From an uncultured Prevotella sp. (GTDB lineage: Bacteria > Bacteroidota > Bacteroidia > Bacteroidales > Bacteroidaceae): a stretch of DNA of 64,000 nucleotides. Under the pieces are notes generated by a model that saw only the letters and a list, made by a program, of their open reading frames with translations, did not search any database and was not told where the DNA came from. Where the stretch lies: positions 2,398 to 66,397 of the forward strand of contig CAMFEU010000003.1 of assembly GCA_945949515.1 (NCBI GenBank). The letters run 5' to 3'. Of the stretch, positions 40,832 through 50,367 are shown in pieces. Each line of letters opens with the position of its first letter. The first letter of the stretch is position 1. Made by a program: the position numbers and the translations under genes.

Positions 40832-43246
40832 ATGAAAAAACATACACTTATCGCAGCACTTGCCATGGCAACCTCTGCCCTGGCTCAACCTCGACAGGAG
40901 GTGACACTGGAAAACAACTGGCAGTTCTCGCGCAACAACTCAGAATGGAGCAGCGTCAGTGTGCCTCACGACTGGGCCATCAGCGGACCTTTTGACAAGA
41001 AATGGGACCTGCAGGTGGTAGCAATAGAACAGAATGGCGAGAAGGAGAAGAGCGAGAAATCCGGACGTTCAGGTGCTCTGCCATGGATTGGGAAAGGCTA
41101 TTACAAGCGCACACTAAGCATCCCACAAGGCTACAAGCACGCCGAACTGGTGTTCGATGGTGCCATGAGCGAGCCCACCGTTTATATCAACGGCAAGCAG
41201 GCTGGCTACTGGGCATACGGCTACAACGCATTCCGAGTGGATGTTACGCCCTATATTCATGCCGGCGACAACCTGTTAGAGGTGCACCTGAACAATGTGG
41301 AAGAGAGCAGCCGATGGTATCCTGGCGGAGGTATCTATCGTCCTGTAAAACTGGTGCTCACTGGCGATACATACATTGAAGGATGGAGCACCTTTGCACG
41401 CACCGTAAATGCCACAAAAAAACATGCCACCATGGCAGTAAGCACCACTCTGAAAGGAAAGCCCACCAGCAGCGTGGCAGGCGTAGAGATAGCCCTGTAT
41501 GACCACCGTGGAGGTTTTGTGGCTGCCAATCGCTTCGACATCAGTGCCAACGGTAAATACGAAGCTCTATTAGATATAGAGAAGCCCAAACTGTGGTCGC
41601 CAGAATCTCCCTACCTCTACACCTTGGTGACCAGCGTTTATCAAGACAACCAATGTATTGACAGGGAGAGCACCAAGGTGGGCATACGCACCGTAAGCAT
41701 CTCTAAGGAGAAAGGCTTTCAACTCAATGGTGTGAGCAGAAAGATAAAAGGTGTGTGCCTGCACCACGATTTGGGAGCATTGGGTGCAGCGGAAAACAAG
41801 TCGGCCATCATACAGCGTATCAAGATGATGAAAGACATGGGCTGTGACGCTATTCGCTCCGCACACAACATGCCATCTACCATGATGATGGACCTGTGCG
41901 ACTCGCTGGGTATGATGGTCATGGCAGAGAGTTTTGACATGTGGATCTATCCTAAATGCAAGAATGGCTATGCCCGTTTCTTCAAGGAATGGGCTGATAA
42001 AGATATCACCAATCTGGTGCTCAATCATCGCAACCACCCATCTATCGTGATGTGGAGCATTGGCAACGAGATACCTGAACAGGGGAGTGCCAATGGGGTG
42101 AAGATTACCAAGCATCTGCAAGACCTGTGCCACCAATTGGACCCCACACGCACCGTGACCCAGGGAATGGACCGCGTGGACGCAGCCCTGAAGAGTGGAT
42201 TTGCAGCAGCCTTGGATGTGCCGGGACTAAACTACCGACTGAACAAATACGACAAGGCATACAAAACGCTGCCACAGGGTTTCCTTTTGGGCTCCGAAAC
42301 AAGTTCTACTGTGAGTAGCCGTGGCGTGTATAAATTCCCCGTGGAAGTGGGGCACAGCAAGACCTACGCCGATGGTCAGTGCAACGGCTATGACACGGAA
42401 TACTGCTCATGGAGCAATCTGCCTGATGACGACTGGAAGTGGCAGGATGACAAGGACTGGGTGATAGGTGAGTTTGTGTGGACTGGCTATGACTATCTGG
42501 GCGAGCCTACTCCCTATGATACATACTGGCCCAGCAGGTCGAGTTACTTCGGCATCTGCGATCTGGCAGGACTTCCCAAAGACCGCTACTATCTGTATCG
42601 AAGCAGATGGAACAAGCAAGCCAACACCATTCATCTGCTACCCCACTGGACCTGGCAGGGACGTGAGGGCAAGGTAACGCCCGTATATTGCTACACCAAC
42701 GGTGTAGAGGGCGAACTGTTTGTAAATGGTAAAAGTCAGGGACGTGTAAGAAAAGACCCCAGCCAGCGCTTGGACCGCTACCGCCTGAGATGGAACAACG
42801 TGGTGTATGAACCAGGAGAGCTCAAGGTGGTGGTATATGATGAACAGGGCAAGTGCATCGGAGAGCAGACTGTGCGCACAGCAGGCAAGCCAGCAGAACT
42901 ATGTATGAAGACAGAGACCGCAAATGAGGACAAAGTGCCCACACTGAAGGCAGACGGCAAAGACTTGGCATATATCACCGTGAGCGTGCTTGACAAGGAT
43001 GGCAATGAGGTGCCTACCGCCAACAACACCCTGCACTTTGAAGTGAGCGGTGCAGGTACCTTCCAAGGCGTTTGCAACGGAGATGCCACCTCGTTGGAGC
43101 CCTTCACTCAACCCGTTATGAAACTGTTCAACGGAAAACTGGTACTCATTGTGCGTGCTGGTACCGAAGCAGGCACTATCCACGTGAAGGCCATTGACAA
43201 GAAGAACAAGATGGAAAGCGAGATAGAAGTACGAGTAAGAAATTAG
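40832..43246 (+). CDS. glycoside hydrolase family 2 (beta-galactosidase-like), secreted
   Basis: signal peptide, WSIGNEIPEQG (acid/base region), GEFVWTGYDYLGEP, 804 aa. Confidence 0.88.
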   Translation: MKKHTLIAALAMATSALAQPRQEVTLENNWQFSRNNSEWSSVSVPHDWAISGPFDKKWDLQVVAIEQNGEKEKSEKSGRSGALPWIGKGYYKRTLSIPQGYKHAELVFDGAMSEPTVYINGKQAGYWAYGYNAFRVDVTPYIHAGDNLLEVHLNNVEESSRWYPGGGIYRPVKLVLTGDTYIEGWSTFARTVNATKKHATMAVSTTLKGKPTSSVAGVEIALYDHRGGFVAANRFDISANGKYEALLDIEKPKLWSPESPYLYTLVTSVYQDNQCIDRESTKVGIRTVSISKEKGFQLNGVSRKIKGVCLHHDLGALGAAENKSAIIQRIKMMKDMGCDAIRSAHNMPSTMMMDLCDSLGMMVMAESFDMWIYPKCKNGYARFFKEWADKDITNLVLNHRNHPSIVMWSIGNEIPEQGSANGVKITKHLQDLCHQLDPTRTVTQGMDRVDAALKSGFAAALDVPGLNYRLNKYDKAYKTLPQGFLLGSETSSTVSSRGVYKFPVEVGHSKTYADGQCNGYDTEYCSWSNLPDDDWKWQDDKDWVIGEFVWTGYDYLGEPTPYDTYWPSRSSYFGICDLAGLPKDRYYLYRSRWNKQANTIHLLPHWTWQGREGKVTPVYCYTNGVEGELFVNGKSQGRVRKDPSQRLDRYRLRWNNVVYEPGELKVVVYDEQGKCIGEQTVRTAGKPAELCMKTETANEDKVPTLKADGKDLAYITVSVLDKDGNEVPTANNTLHFEVSGAGTFQGVCNGDATSLEPFTQPVMKLFNGKLVLIVRAGTEAGTIHVKAIDKKNKMESEIEVRVRN

Positions 43247-43272
43247 AAGTCAGGAATAAATAAAAGAGGAAA

Positions 43273-43310
43273 GAGGGGATGCACCTGTGTGGTGCATCCC
43301 CTCTCATTTT
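43273..43310 (+). terminator. Rho-independent terminator after the GH2 gene
   Basis: gaggggatgcacc / ggtgcatcccctc 13-bp stem, 5-nt loop, then tcatttt. Confidence 0.85.
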
Positions 43311-43479
43311 AACCCAAATCGGTCATTAGCGTTATGATGATAACTGCTTATATTTTTGAACAGATGTCTTTACGTTTTGAGGGCGCAATGGGGTTCCATT
43401 GTAACCGATAAACGGAAAGACAGATGACAAAAAGAAAGCATGTTTGCGCATAACAGTCTAATGACCGATTTGGGTTTAA
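43309..43479 (+). mobile_element. full-length MITE-like element, family A (171 bp, about 21-bp terminal inverted repeats)
   Basis: TTAACCCAAATCGGTCATTAG at the left end versus the reverse complement of ctaatgaccgatttgggtttaa at the right end. The interior arms are also imperfectly complementary, so the whole element folds as a long hairpin. The left half recurs at 31931. Confidence 0.8.
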
Positions 43480-43495
43480 TTCAAAATCATCATTC

Positions 43496-44041
43496 CTACT
43501 TCACAACTTCAATAATCTTTCCTCCCTCTTCCAAGGCGGTCATGTTGAGTGGTATCAGTGCATGGTGCCTTTCAGGAAGAGTTTTGTAGAGTGCCTTTTC
43601 CACGCCCTCACTGCTGATGATGGGGCATACTCTGAGGAGTCCGCCCAAGACAATCATGTTGAATATCTTGCCGTTTTTCAGTTCAGCAGCCTTGTCCATG
43701 GCGTCAATCCGATACACGGTGATGTCTTTACGTGTGGGAGGGTTGATAATGCCATAGGAGTCGTAGATAAGTATTCCCCCTGGCTTTACCTTGGATTCAA
43801 ACTTCTCTAACGAGGGCTGATTGAGCACCACAGCCACATCATAGGTGCTCAGGATGGGCGATGAAATCTTTTCGTCGCTTACTATCACGGTCACATTGGC
43901 TGTACCACCGCGCTGTTCAGGTCCGTAGGCAGGCATCCAAGTAACCTGTTTGTTTTCCATCAATCCGGAATAAGCCAGAATCTTACCCATAGAGAGCACT
44001 CCCTGACCACCGAAACCTGATATAATTACTTCTTTTTCCAT
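43496..44041 (-). CDS. 2-oxoacid:ferredoxin oxidoreductase, gamma subunit
   Basis: ISGFGGQGVL motif; ATG at 44041. Confidence 0.88.
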   Translation of the reverse strand: MEKEVIISGFGGQGVLSMGKILAYSGLMENKQVTWMPAYGPEQRGGTANVTVIVSDEKISSPILSTYDVAVVLNQPSLEKFESKVKPGGILIYDSYGIINPPTRKDITVYRIDAMDKAAELKNGKIFNMIVLGGLLRVCPIISSEGVEKALYKTLPERHHALIPLNMTALEEGGKIIEVVK

Positions 44042-44114
44042 CTTTTCTTGTTTTTGGGTTAAAGCGTCTCCTACCGTTACAGAGATCTGAGACACTTTAT
44101 GAAGATAGGGATTC

Positions 44115-44882
44115 TTATTCGTCGAGTGTGTTTTTCAAGTCGCCCTTGGGATAGAAGGCAAACATGTGCTCTTTCATCCACTCGTTGGCCTTGATGGGCG
44201 ACAGTTTCCAACCGCTGTTGCAGGTAGATACGATCTCCACCAAACTGCTTCCCTTGCCTGCCATAGACGCCTCGAAAGCCTTACGGATGGCACGCTTGGC
44301 ATTGCGTATAGATGCCACGCTCTCCACACTCTGTCGGGTGACATAGCAAGTCCCCTCCAACTGTGCAGCCATCTCTGTAATCTTCAGTGGGTAGCCATGC
44401 AACTGGGGTTCCCTGCCATAAGGACAGGTACTTGTTTTCTGCCCAAGCAGTGTGGTAGGTGCCATCTGTCCACCCGTCATGCCATAGATGGCATTGTTGA
44501 TAAAGATAATCACAATGTTCTCTCCCCTGTTGAGTGCATGAATGGTTTCGCAGGCACCGATACAAGCCAGGTCACCATCACCCTGATAGGTAAATACCAG
44601 TCGGTCGGTCCACAGGCGCTTGATAGCAGTGGCCACAGCGGGAGCCCTGCCATGGGCTGCCTCTTGCCAGTCGATGTCCAGATAGCGATAGGCAAACACG
44701 GCACATCCCACGGGACATACGCCCACGGTTTTTTCCTCCATGCCCATCTCTTCGATGACCTCACCCACCAGTTTATGCACCACGCCATGACTGCATCCAG
44801 GACAGTAGTGCATGGGCACCTCGTTCATCAGCGAGGGTTTCTGATATACTATATTCTCTGCTGAAATGATTGATTCTTCCAT
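44115..44882 (-). CDS. 2-oxoacid:ferredoxin oxidoreductase, beta (TPP-binding) subunit
   Basis: YCPGCSHG and QGDGDL motifs; ATG at 44882. Confidence 0.9.
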   Translation of the reverse strand: MEESIISAENIVYQKPSLMNEVPMHYCPGCSHGVVHKLVGEVIEEMGMEEKTVGVCPVGCAVFAYRYLDIDWQEAAHGRAPAVATAIKRLWTDRLVFTYQGDGDLACIGACETIHALNRGENIVIIFINNAIYGMTGGQMAPTTLLGQKTSTCPYGREPQLHGYPLKITEMAAQLEGTCYVTRQSVESVASIRNAKRAIRKAFEASMAGKGSSLVEIVSTCNSGWKLSPIKANEWMKEHMFAFYPKGDLKNTLDE

Positions 44883-44931
44883 AATCACCTTGTTTTGTGG
44901 TTGTTTTTCACAGACAGATACACGCTGCACT

Positions 44932-46020
44932 TTACTGCATACGCTTCAGTGCCTCTACTATCTCATTGGGCTCAGGAACAATGCCTCCGAGACGTCCAAA
45001 ATGCTCCACAGGCACGCAGCCATTGAGTGCCAGTTTAACATCGTTCACCATCTGACCTGCATTGATTTCTGCCACCAACACACCCTTCTTTCCTTGTGCC
45101 AAAGCTGCTATCTCTTTCTCAGGGAAGGGCCAGAGGGTGATAGGACGGAAAAGTCCCACTTTGATACCCTGTTGACGAGCGATGCTGATGGCTTTTTCTG
45201 CGATACGTGCTGCACTGCCAAACGCCACGATAACATAGTCAGCGTCATCGCAGAGCAGAGTTTCATAGCGCACCTCGGTTTCTTGAATGGTGCGGTATTT
45301 CTCTTGCAGGTGCTGATTGCGCTTCTCCATCACCTCGGGTTTCAGTTCGAGCGAGGTATGAATATTGGGTTGTCTGTCTTTGGTGCGTCCTATGGTGGCC
45401 CAGGGGCACTGCTGTCTTATCTCCTCCTCTGTGCGACGAGGTTTGTAGGGCGGCAGCACCACTCTCTCCATCATCTGTCCTATCACTCCATCGCTCAGTA
45501 TCATCGCAGGATTGCGATATTTGAATGCAAGTTCAAATGCCAGATCCACAAAGTCTGCCATCTCTTGCACTGAGTTGGGAGCCAGCACAATGACATGGTA
45601 GTCGCCATTGCCACCTCCCTTGGTGGCTTGGAAATAGTCGCTTTGCGAGGGCTGTATGGTGCCCAATCCAGGACCTCCTCTCTGCACATTGACCACCACA
45701 CCAGGCAGTTCGGCACCAGCCATGTAGGAGATACCCTCCTGCATCAATGCCACACCAGGACTGGAAGAAGAGGTAAACGCCTTCTTTCCAGCGCCGGCAG
45801 CACCATACACCATATTGATGGCTGCCACCTCGCTCTCAGCCTGCAGCACCACCATGCCAGTGGTTTCCCACGGTTTGTCGAGTGCCAGAGTTTCTATAAT
45901 TTCACTTTGTGGTGTAATGGGATAGCCAAAGAATCCATCCACGCCACACCGTATGGCAGCACGGGCAATAGCCTCGTTGCCTTTCATCAGTGTCACTTCT
46001 TGTTGTTCTGCCATCTTCAT
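44932..46020 (-). CDS. 2-oxoacid:ferredoxin oxidoreductase, alpha subunit
   Basis: GNEAIARAAIRCG..FFGYPITPQSEI N-terminus, 362 aa. Confidence 0.9.
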   Translation of the reverse strand: MKMAEQQEVTLMKGNEAIARAAIRCGVDGFFGYPITPQSEIIETLALDKPWETTGMVVLQAESEVAAINMVYGAAGAGKKAFTSSSSPGVALMQEGISYMAGAELPGVVVNVQRGGPGLGTIQPSQSDYFQATKGGGNGDYHVIVLAPNSVQEMADFVDLAFELAFKYRNPAMILSDGVIGQMMERVVLPPYKPRRTEEEIRQQCPWATIGRTKDRQPNIHTSLELKPEVMEKRNQHLQEKYRTIQETEVRYETLLCDDADYVIVAFGSAARIAEKAISIARQQGIKVGLFRPITLWPFPEKEIAALAQGKKGVLVAEINAGQMVNDVKLALNGCVPVEHFGRLGGIVPEPNEIVEALKRMQ

Positions 46021-46029
46021 GCTCTCCTT

Positions 46030-46257
46030 TTAATCAAACTTTTTCTTGTAAACGGTGATGCACCCATCAGGACAAACGATGCCACAAGAGGCACATCCGA
46101 TACAGTCTTCCTGTCGAACCGCTTCTACATAAGGATAGCCGTTCACGTTTACCTTCTTTCCCACTGCAATCACATGCTTGGGACACGCCTCCACACAGAG
46201 GGCACATCCCTTGCACCTTACGGTATTGACCACAATGGCACCTTTAATTTTACTCAT
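46030..46257 (-). CDS. 4Fe-4S dicluster ferredoxin (delta subunit)
   Basis: CKGCALCVEACP and CIGCASCGIVCP. Confidence 0.92.
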   Translation of the reverse strand: MSKIKGAIVVNTVRCKGCALCVEACPKHVIAVGKKVNVNGYPYVEAVRQEDCIGCASCGIVCPDGCITVYKKKFD

Positions 46258-46272
46258 TGCCTTACAACATTT

Positions 46273-46452
46273 TCACGGATTGTACATATCCTTGTTATAA
46301 TAGCCCATGATGTCGTTGAGCATCCGTTTTGCCTCCACGGCAGGACTGTTAGGGTCAATCTCTTCAGCCATCGTGTATTGATTGATGGCGTCTGCCCATC
46401 TGCCCTGCTTACGATAGCAGTTGCCTTGCTGGTAATATTCTTCGGCAGTCAT
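46273..46452 (-). CDS. 59-aa TPR-like small protein (below the ORF-track cutoff)
   Basis: hand translation: MTAEEYYQQGNCYRKQGRWADAINQYTMAEEIDPNSPAVEAKRMLNDIMGYYNKDMYNP. It has a single TPR-like motif and fills the gap between folD and the ferredoxin gene in the same orientation. Confidence 0.55.
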   Translation of the reverse strand: MTAEEYYQQGNCYRKQGRWADAINQYTMAEEIDPNSPAVEAKRMLNDIMGYYNKDMYNP

Positions 46453-46494
46453 AAACTATTTTGGTTGTTTTCCTATTCTCTCTGCCTCGGCAGA

Positions 46495-47373
46495 TTACCG
46501 GTAATACTCTTTCTTGCCGGCTGCCAAGGTGTTCTTCATCAGCGAGCAGATGGTCATAGGACCCACTCCACCTGGCACGGGGGTTATCATACTGCAGAGG
46601 GGGGCTACCTCGTCAAACTTCACATCGCCATTCAGACGGTAGCCGCTCTTGCGGGTAGCATCGGGCACACGGGTGGTGCCTACATCTATAATCACTGCTC
46701 CAGGCTTCACCATGTCCGCCGTCACAAAGTCGGGTCTGCCTATAGCCGCAATGATGATGTCAGCCTGACGACATTCCTCCTTGAGTGTGGTGGAACGGCT
46801 GTGACACACTGTAACGGTGGCATCACCATACTGCTTTTGCATCATCAGCTGTGCCATGGGTTTGCCCACGATATTGGAGCGACCCAGAATAACACACTTC
46901 TTGCCACTGGTTTCAACGCCATAGCGCTGCAACAGTGTGATGATACCCAGCGGAGTGGCAGAAATGAAGCAGGGCAAACCTATTGCCATGCGCCCCACAT
47001 TAACGGGATGGAAGCCATCCACATCCTTGCGATAGTCAATAGCCTCTATGATTTTCTGCTCGTCAATATGCTTGGGCAGGGGCAACTGCACGATAAAGCC
47101 ATCTACATCGGCATCGTTGTTGAGTTTGTCCACACATGCCAGCAGCTCATCTTCCGACACGTTGTCTTCAAAACGTATCAAGGTAGATTTGAAGCCACAA
47201 GCCTCACATGCCAGCACCTTGTTTTTCACGTATGTTTCCGAACCACCATCATGGCCCACCAACACGGCTGCCAAGTGGGGCTGCTTGCCTCCGGCTGCCA
47301 TTATCTGCTGCACTTCTGCCGCTATCTCGGCCTTGATCTGTGCCGCTGTAGCTTTTCCGTCTATCAATTGCAT
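46495..47373 (-). CDS. folD: bifunctional methylenetetrahydrofolate dehydrogenase/methenyl-THF cyclohydrolase
   Basis: [37 protein letters not shown] at 47373; 47394 is an alternative. Confidence 0.92.
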   Translation of the reverse strand: MQLIDGKATAAQIKAEIAAEVQQIMAAGGKQPHLAAVLVGHDGGSETYVKNKVLACEACGFKSTLIRFEDNVSEDELLACVDKLNNDADVDGFIVQLPLPKHIDEQKIIEAIDYRKDVDGFHPVNVGRMAIGLPCFISATPLGIITLLQRYGVETSGKKCVILGRSNIVGKPMAQLMMQKQYGDATVTVCHSRSTTLKEECRQADIIIAAIGRPDFVTADMVKPGAVIIDVGTTRVPDATRKSGYRLNGDVKFDEVAPLCSMITPVPGGVGPMTICSLMKNTLAAGKKEYYR

Positions 47374-47480
47374 GATTACTGTTTTATTGATCATTTATTT
47401 CTTACAAATCAATGGACTTATTGCCATCACATTCATGGATAACCATGTGTGTTTGTGTTGTCTCATTGATTTCTCCGCCA

Positions 47481-48821
47481 TCAGTGCTTCATCATTCTCA
47501 TGGCATTTGCCATCTGCATCATCTTGCTATTCGACATGCCTGTGACCATCTTCATCATCTTGCGCATCTGGTCGAACTGCTTGATCAGTTTGTTCACCTC
47601 TTGCAGATTGGTGCCCGAACCTTTGGCAATGCGGTTGCGACGGCTCTGGTTAAGTATTTCGGGATTGGTGCGTTCCTTGGGGGTCATGCTATTGATGATG
47701 GCCTCAATGTTCTTAAAGGCATTGTCGTCAATATCTACATCCTTGATGGCCTTGCCCACACCGGGTATCATGGCAGCCAGGTCCTTGATGTTACCCATCT
47801 TCTTGATTTGCTGTATCTGCGACATAAAGTCGTTGAAGTCAAACTGGTTCTTGCGTATTTTCTTTTCCAGTTCGCGTGCCTGCTTCTCGTCAAACTGTTC
47901 CTGAGCGCGCTCCACCAAACTCACGATGTCGCCCATACCCAGAATACGGTCGGCCATACGGTCGGGATGGAACACATCAATAGCCTCCATCTTCTCACCC
48001 GTACCCACAAACTTAATGGGCTTGGTCACCACGGTACGTATGGAGAGGGCGGCACCACCGCGGGTGTCACCATCAAGTTTGGTAAGCACCACTCCATCAA
48101 AATCCAAACGGTCGTTGAACTCTTTGGCAGTGTTCACCGCATCCTGGCCAGTCATAGAGTCAACCACGAAGAGGGTTTCATCGGGATTCACGGCATTCTT
48201 CAAGCGCTCTATCTCGTCCATCATCTCCTCATCCACAGCCAAGCGTCCTGCGGTGTCGATAATCACCACATTATAGTTCTCCTGCTTGGCCTGTTTGATG
48301 GCATTATGTGCTATAGCCACCACATCCTTGCTCTCGGGTTCGCTATACACGGGCACACCCACAGACTGTCCCACCACCTTCAGCTGTTCAATGGCAGCAG
48401 GGCGATATACGTCGCAGGCCACCAACAGGGGATTCTTGTGCTGCTTGTTTTTCAGCATATTAGCGAGCTTTCCACTGAAGGTGGTCTTACCAGAACCCTG
48501 CAAACCAGACATCAAGATGATGGCGGGGCGGTTGTCCAATTTCAATTCCACTGCCTTGCCACCCATCAGTTCTGCGAGTTCATCGTGCACCAGCTTCACC
48601 ATCAACTGTCCGGGCTTCACTGCCGTGAGCACGTTCATACCCATGGCTTTTTTCTTCACCCCATCGGTAAAGTTCTTTGCCACTTTGTAGTTCACGTCGG
48701 CATCGAGCAGTGCCCTGCGCACATCCTTCAGTGTTTCGGCCACATTGATTTCGGTGATTTTTCCTTCACCCTTCAATATTTTAAATGACCGTTCGAGTCT
48801 TTCGCTTAAATTTTCAAACAT
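47481..48821 (-). CDS. ffh: signal recognition particle protein
   Basis: GLQGSGKTTF, DTAGR, Met-rich C-terminal M-domain tail. Confidence 0.95.
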   Translation of the reverse strand: MFENLSERLERSFKILKGEGKITEINVAETLKDVRRALLDADVNYKVAKNFTDGVKKKAMGMNVLTAVKPGQLMVKLVHDELAELMGGKAVELKLDNRPAIILMSGLQGSGKTTFSGKLANMLKNKQHKNPLLVACDVYRPAAIEQLKVVGQSVGVPVYSEPESKDVVAIAHNAIKQAKQENYNVVIIDTAGRLAVDEEMMDEIERLKNAVNPDETLFVVDSMTGQDAVNTAKEFNDRLDFDGVVLTKLDGDTRGGAALSIRTVVTKPIKFVGTGEKMEAIDVFHPDRMADRILGMGDIVSLVERAQEQFDEKQARELEKKIRKNQFDFNDFMSQIQQIKKMGNIKDLAAMIPGVGKAIKDVDIDDNAFKNIEAIINSMTPKERTNPEILNQSRRNRIAKGSGTNLQEVNKLIKQFDQMRKMMKMVTGMSNSKMMQMANAMRMMKH

Positions 48822-48850
48822 TATGTGTACTTTTTTCCTTGTTCTAATTG

Positions 48851-48858
48851 CAAATTTA
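48851..48858 (-). promoter_or_regulatory. -7 promoter box TAaaTTTG for ffh
   Basis: reverse complement of caaattta, 30 nt upstream of the ATG at 48821. Confidence 0.55.
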
Positions 48859-49093
48859 CGCTAAACAATCAGAATAAGCACACAAAAGAGCAGTGTTTTA
48901 ATGTATTTTAAATGGAAAAAGGCGCAAATTGCGCACACCAATTAGGCAGTGTGCAAAAAAGATTGCACAGAGTGCCGCACTCAGATTGGCATGTTTTAAA
49001 CAACCTTGTTTAATTCGGGAATATAATACACCCCGCCCCCCATCTCTGCCCCACAAAACACTCTGCAGACAGCATGTGAAGCAAAAAGAAAAT

Positions 49094-49121
49094 AAAAAAC
49101 GCCCGGTCAAAAGACCGAGCG
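49094..49121 (-). terminator. Rho-independent terminator after the porin gene
   Basis: on the minus strand cgctcggtc / gaccgggcg stem (one G-U pair) followed by T6. Confidence 0.8.
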
Positions 49122-49150
49122 CTATACTTTGCTAATCTTAAACTTTCAAA

Positions 49151-49756
49151 TTAGAAGTTGTAGAGAATACCAAGTTCGAGGTTGGTGTTGTTGGCGTTGA
49201 TACCAAAGGCACTCTTAGCATATCCGTTAGCCTGAGCGTCCTTGTTGCCACCCTTCCATCCGAGGTAACCGAGCTTAGCAACTACGTCAACCTTCTCAGA
49301 AGCAGCGAACTTCACACCGGGACGAACACCTACACCGAACACAGTTCCTTTGTAAGTGTCATCACCACCAGTGAGGAATGAAGCGTAAACACCGCCATCC
49401 ACGAAGAAAGAAGCAGCACCAGTCTGAGCGAAAGTGTAACGAACATAAGGAGCAACGTTGAAGATGCCATAAGTCTTACCACCTTCGGGCTTGTTTCCTG
49501 CCATTTCCTCTACGCCAGATTTTGCAACAGCCTTTGCATTCTGGTCGTTAGTTGCAGAATAACCGAGCTGGATACCTACTGCCAGGTTGTCGCTCAACTT
49601 ATAACCTACCTCAGGAGCGATAGAGAAAGCCATAGAAGCTTTTGAACCATCACCTGCATTACGGCTCTCGAAACCGAGGCTACCACCAACGTAAACCTGT
49701 GCACTTGCTGCTACACTTGCTACTGCGAAAGCAGCCATCAAGATAATCTTTTTCAT
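49151..49756 (-). CDS. small outer-membrane beta-barrel (porin-family) protein
   Basis: signal peptide MKKIILMAAFAVASVAASAQ, ends ...LELGILYNF. ATG at 49756 is preceded by a TAccTTTG box at about 49800. Confidence 0.78.
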   Translation of the reverse strand: MKKIILMAAFAVASVAASAQVYVGGSLGFESRNAGDGSKASMAFSIAPEVGYKLSDNLAVGIQLGYSATNDQNAKAVAKSGVEEMAGNKPEGGKTYGIFNVAPYVRYTFAQTGAASFFVDGGVYASFLTGGDDTYKGTVFGVGVRPGVKFAASEKVDVVAKLGYLGWKGGNKDAQANGYAKSAFGINANNTNLELGILYNF

Positions 49757-50027
49757 AATCTTTTCCTTTTTAATTAATAAATAGGGTTTAAATAACGAGT
49801 GCAAAGGTAAACACTTTTTCACAAACTACAAAGAAAAACTCGAACTTTTTTTTTCAGTTTTCCTGTATATTCGTACATTTTGAACACTGAAAGAGAATAT
49901 CAGAACAGTTGCAGCCTTAAATACTTGCCTATTTTGAATATCACAGCCACATTCTTTCAAACACTATGGAAGTGAGCCACCACGCCACTGCATGTAATGA
50001 AGCCACACACATGATGAGATGCCCTTT

Positions 50028-50207
50028 AGGTAGGTTCTATCAATTAGCTTTGATGGGATTTTGTTCTATCTTCGAGCAGATCTATTTGTAAGGTCGCAGC
50101 AGCATAGCGAGCTATGGTGCAAGGACTAACGAATAAAGATACCGAAGAGAGGGCAAAAGACCCCAAAGGTAATTCAAAAAAAAGAATTGTAATTGATAGA
50201 ACCCACT
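50028..50207 (+). mobile_element. MITE-like element, family B, copy 1 (180 bp)
   Basis: about 90 percent identical to 51802-51981. Left TIR AGGTAGGTTCTAT; right TIR slightly degenerate (atagaacccac). Confidence 0.8.
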
Positions 50208-50335
50208 TTTACACATTATATAATATATTGGAAGGAACCGCCCTATATTCTTTCGCAAGGAAAGAATAGAAACAGTACAACACCGACGCAAATGAAACTT
50301 CAATCATTTCATTCGTTTATTCCAAAGATTATATG

Positions 50336-50343
50336 TAATTTTG
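50336..50343 (+). promoter_or_regulatory. -7 promoter box TAatTTTG for pepC
   Basis: 25 nt upstream of the ATG at 50368. Confidence 0.55.
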
Positions 50344-50367
50344 CGCACAACGAAAAATCACAGAAAG

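Noticed and set aside
45595-48788. 615-aa and 458-aa plus-strand ORFs (45595-47442 and 47412-48788)
   Set aside because: They are antisense to korA, the ferredoxin gene, folD and ffh, all of which carry strong catalytic motifs. The translated products are His/Leu/Cys-rich with no domain signatures. Long antisense frames are expected opposite genes with this codon bias.
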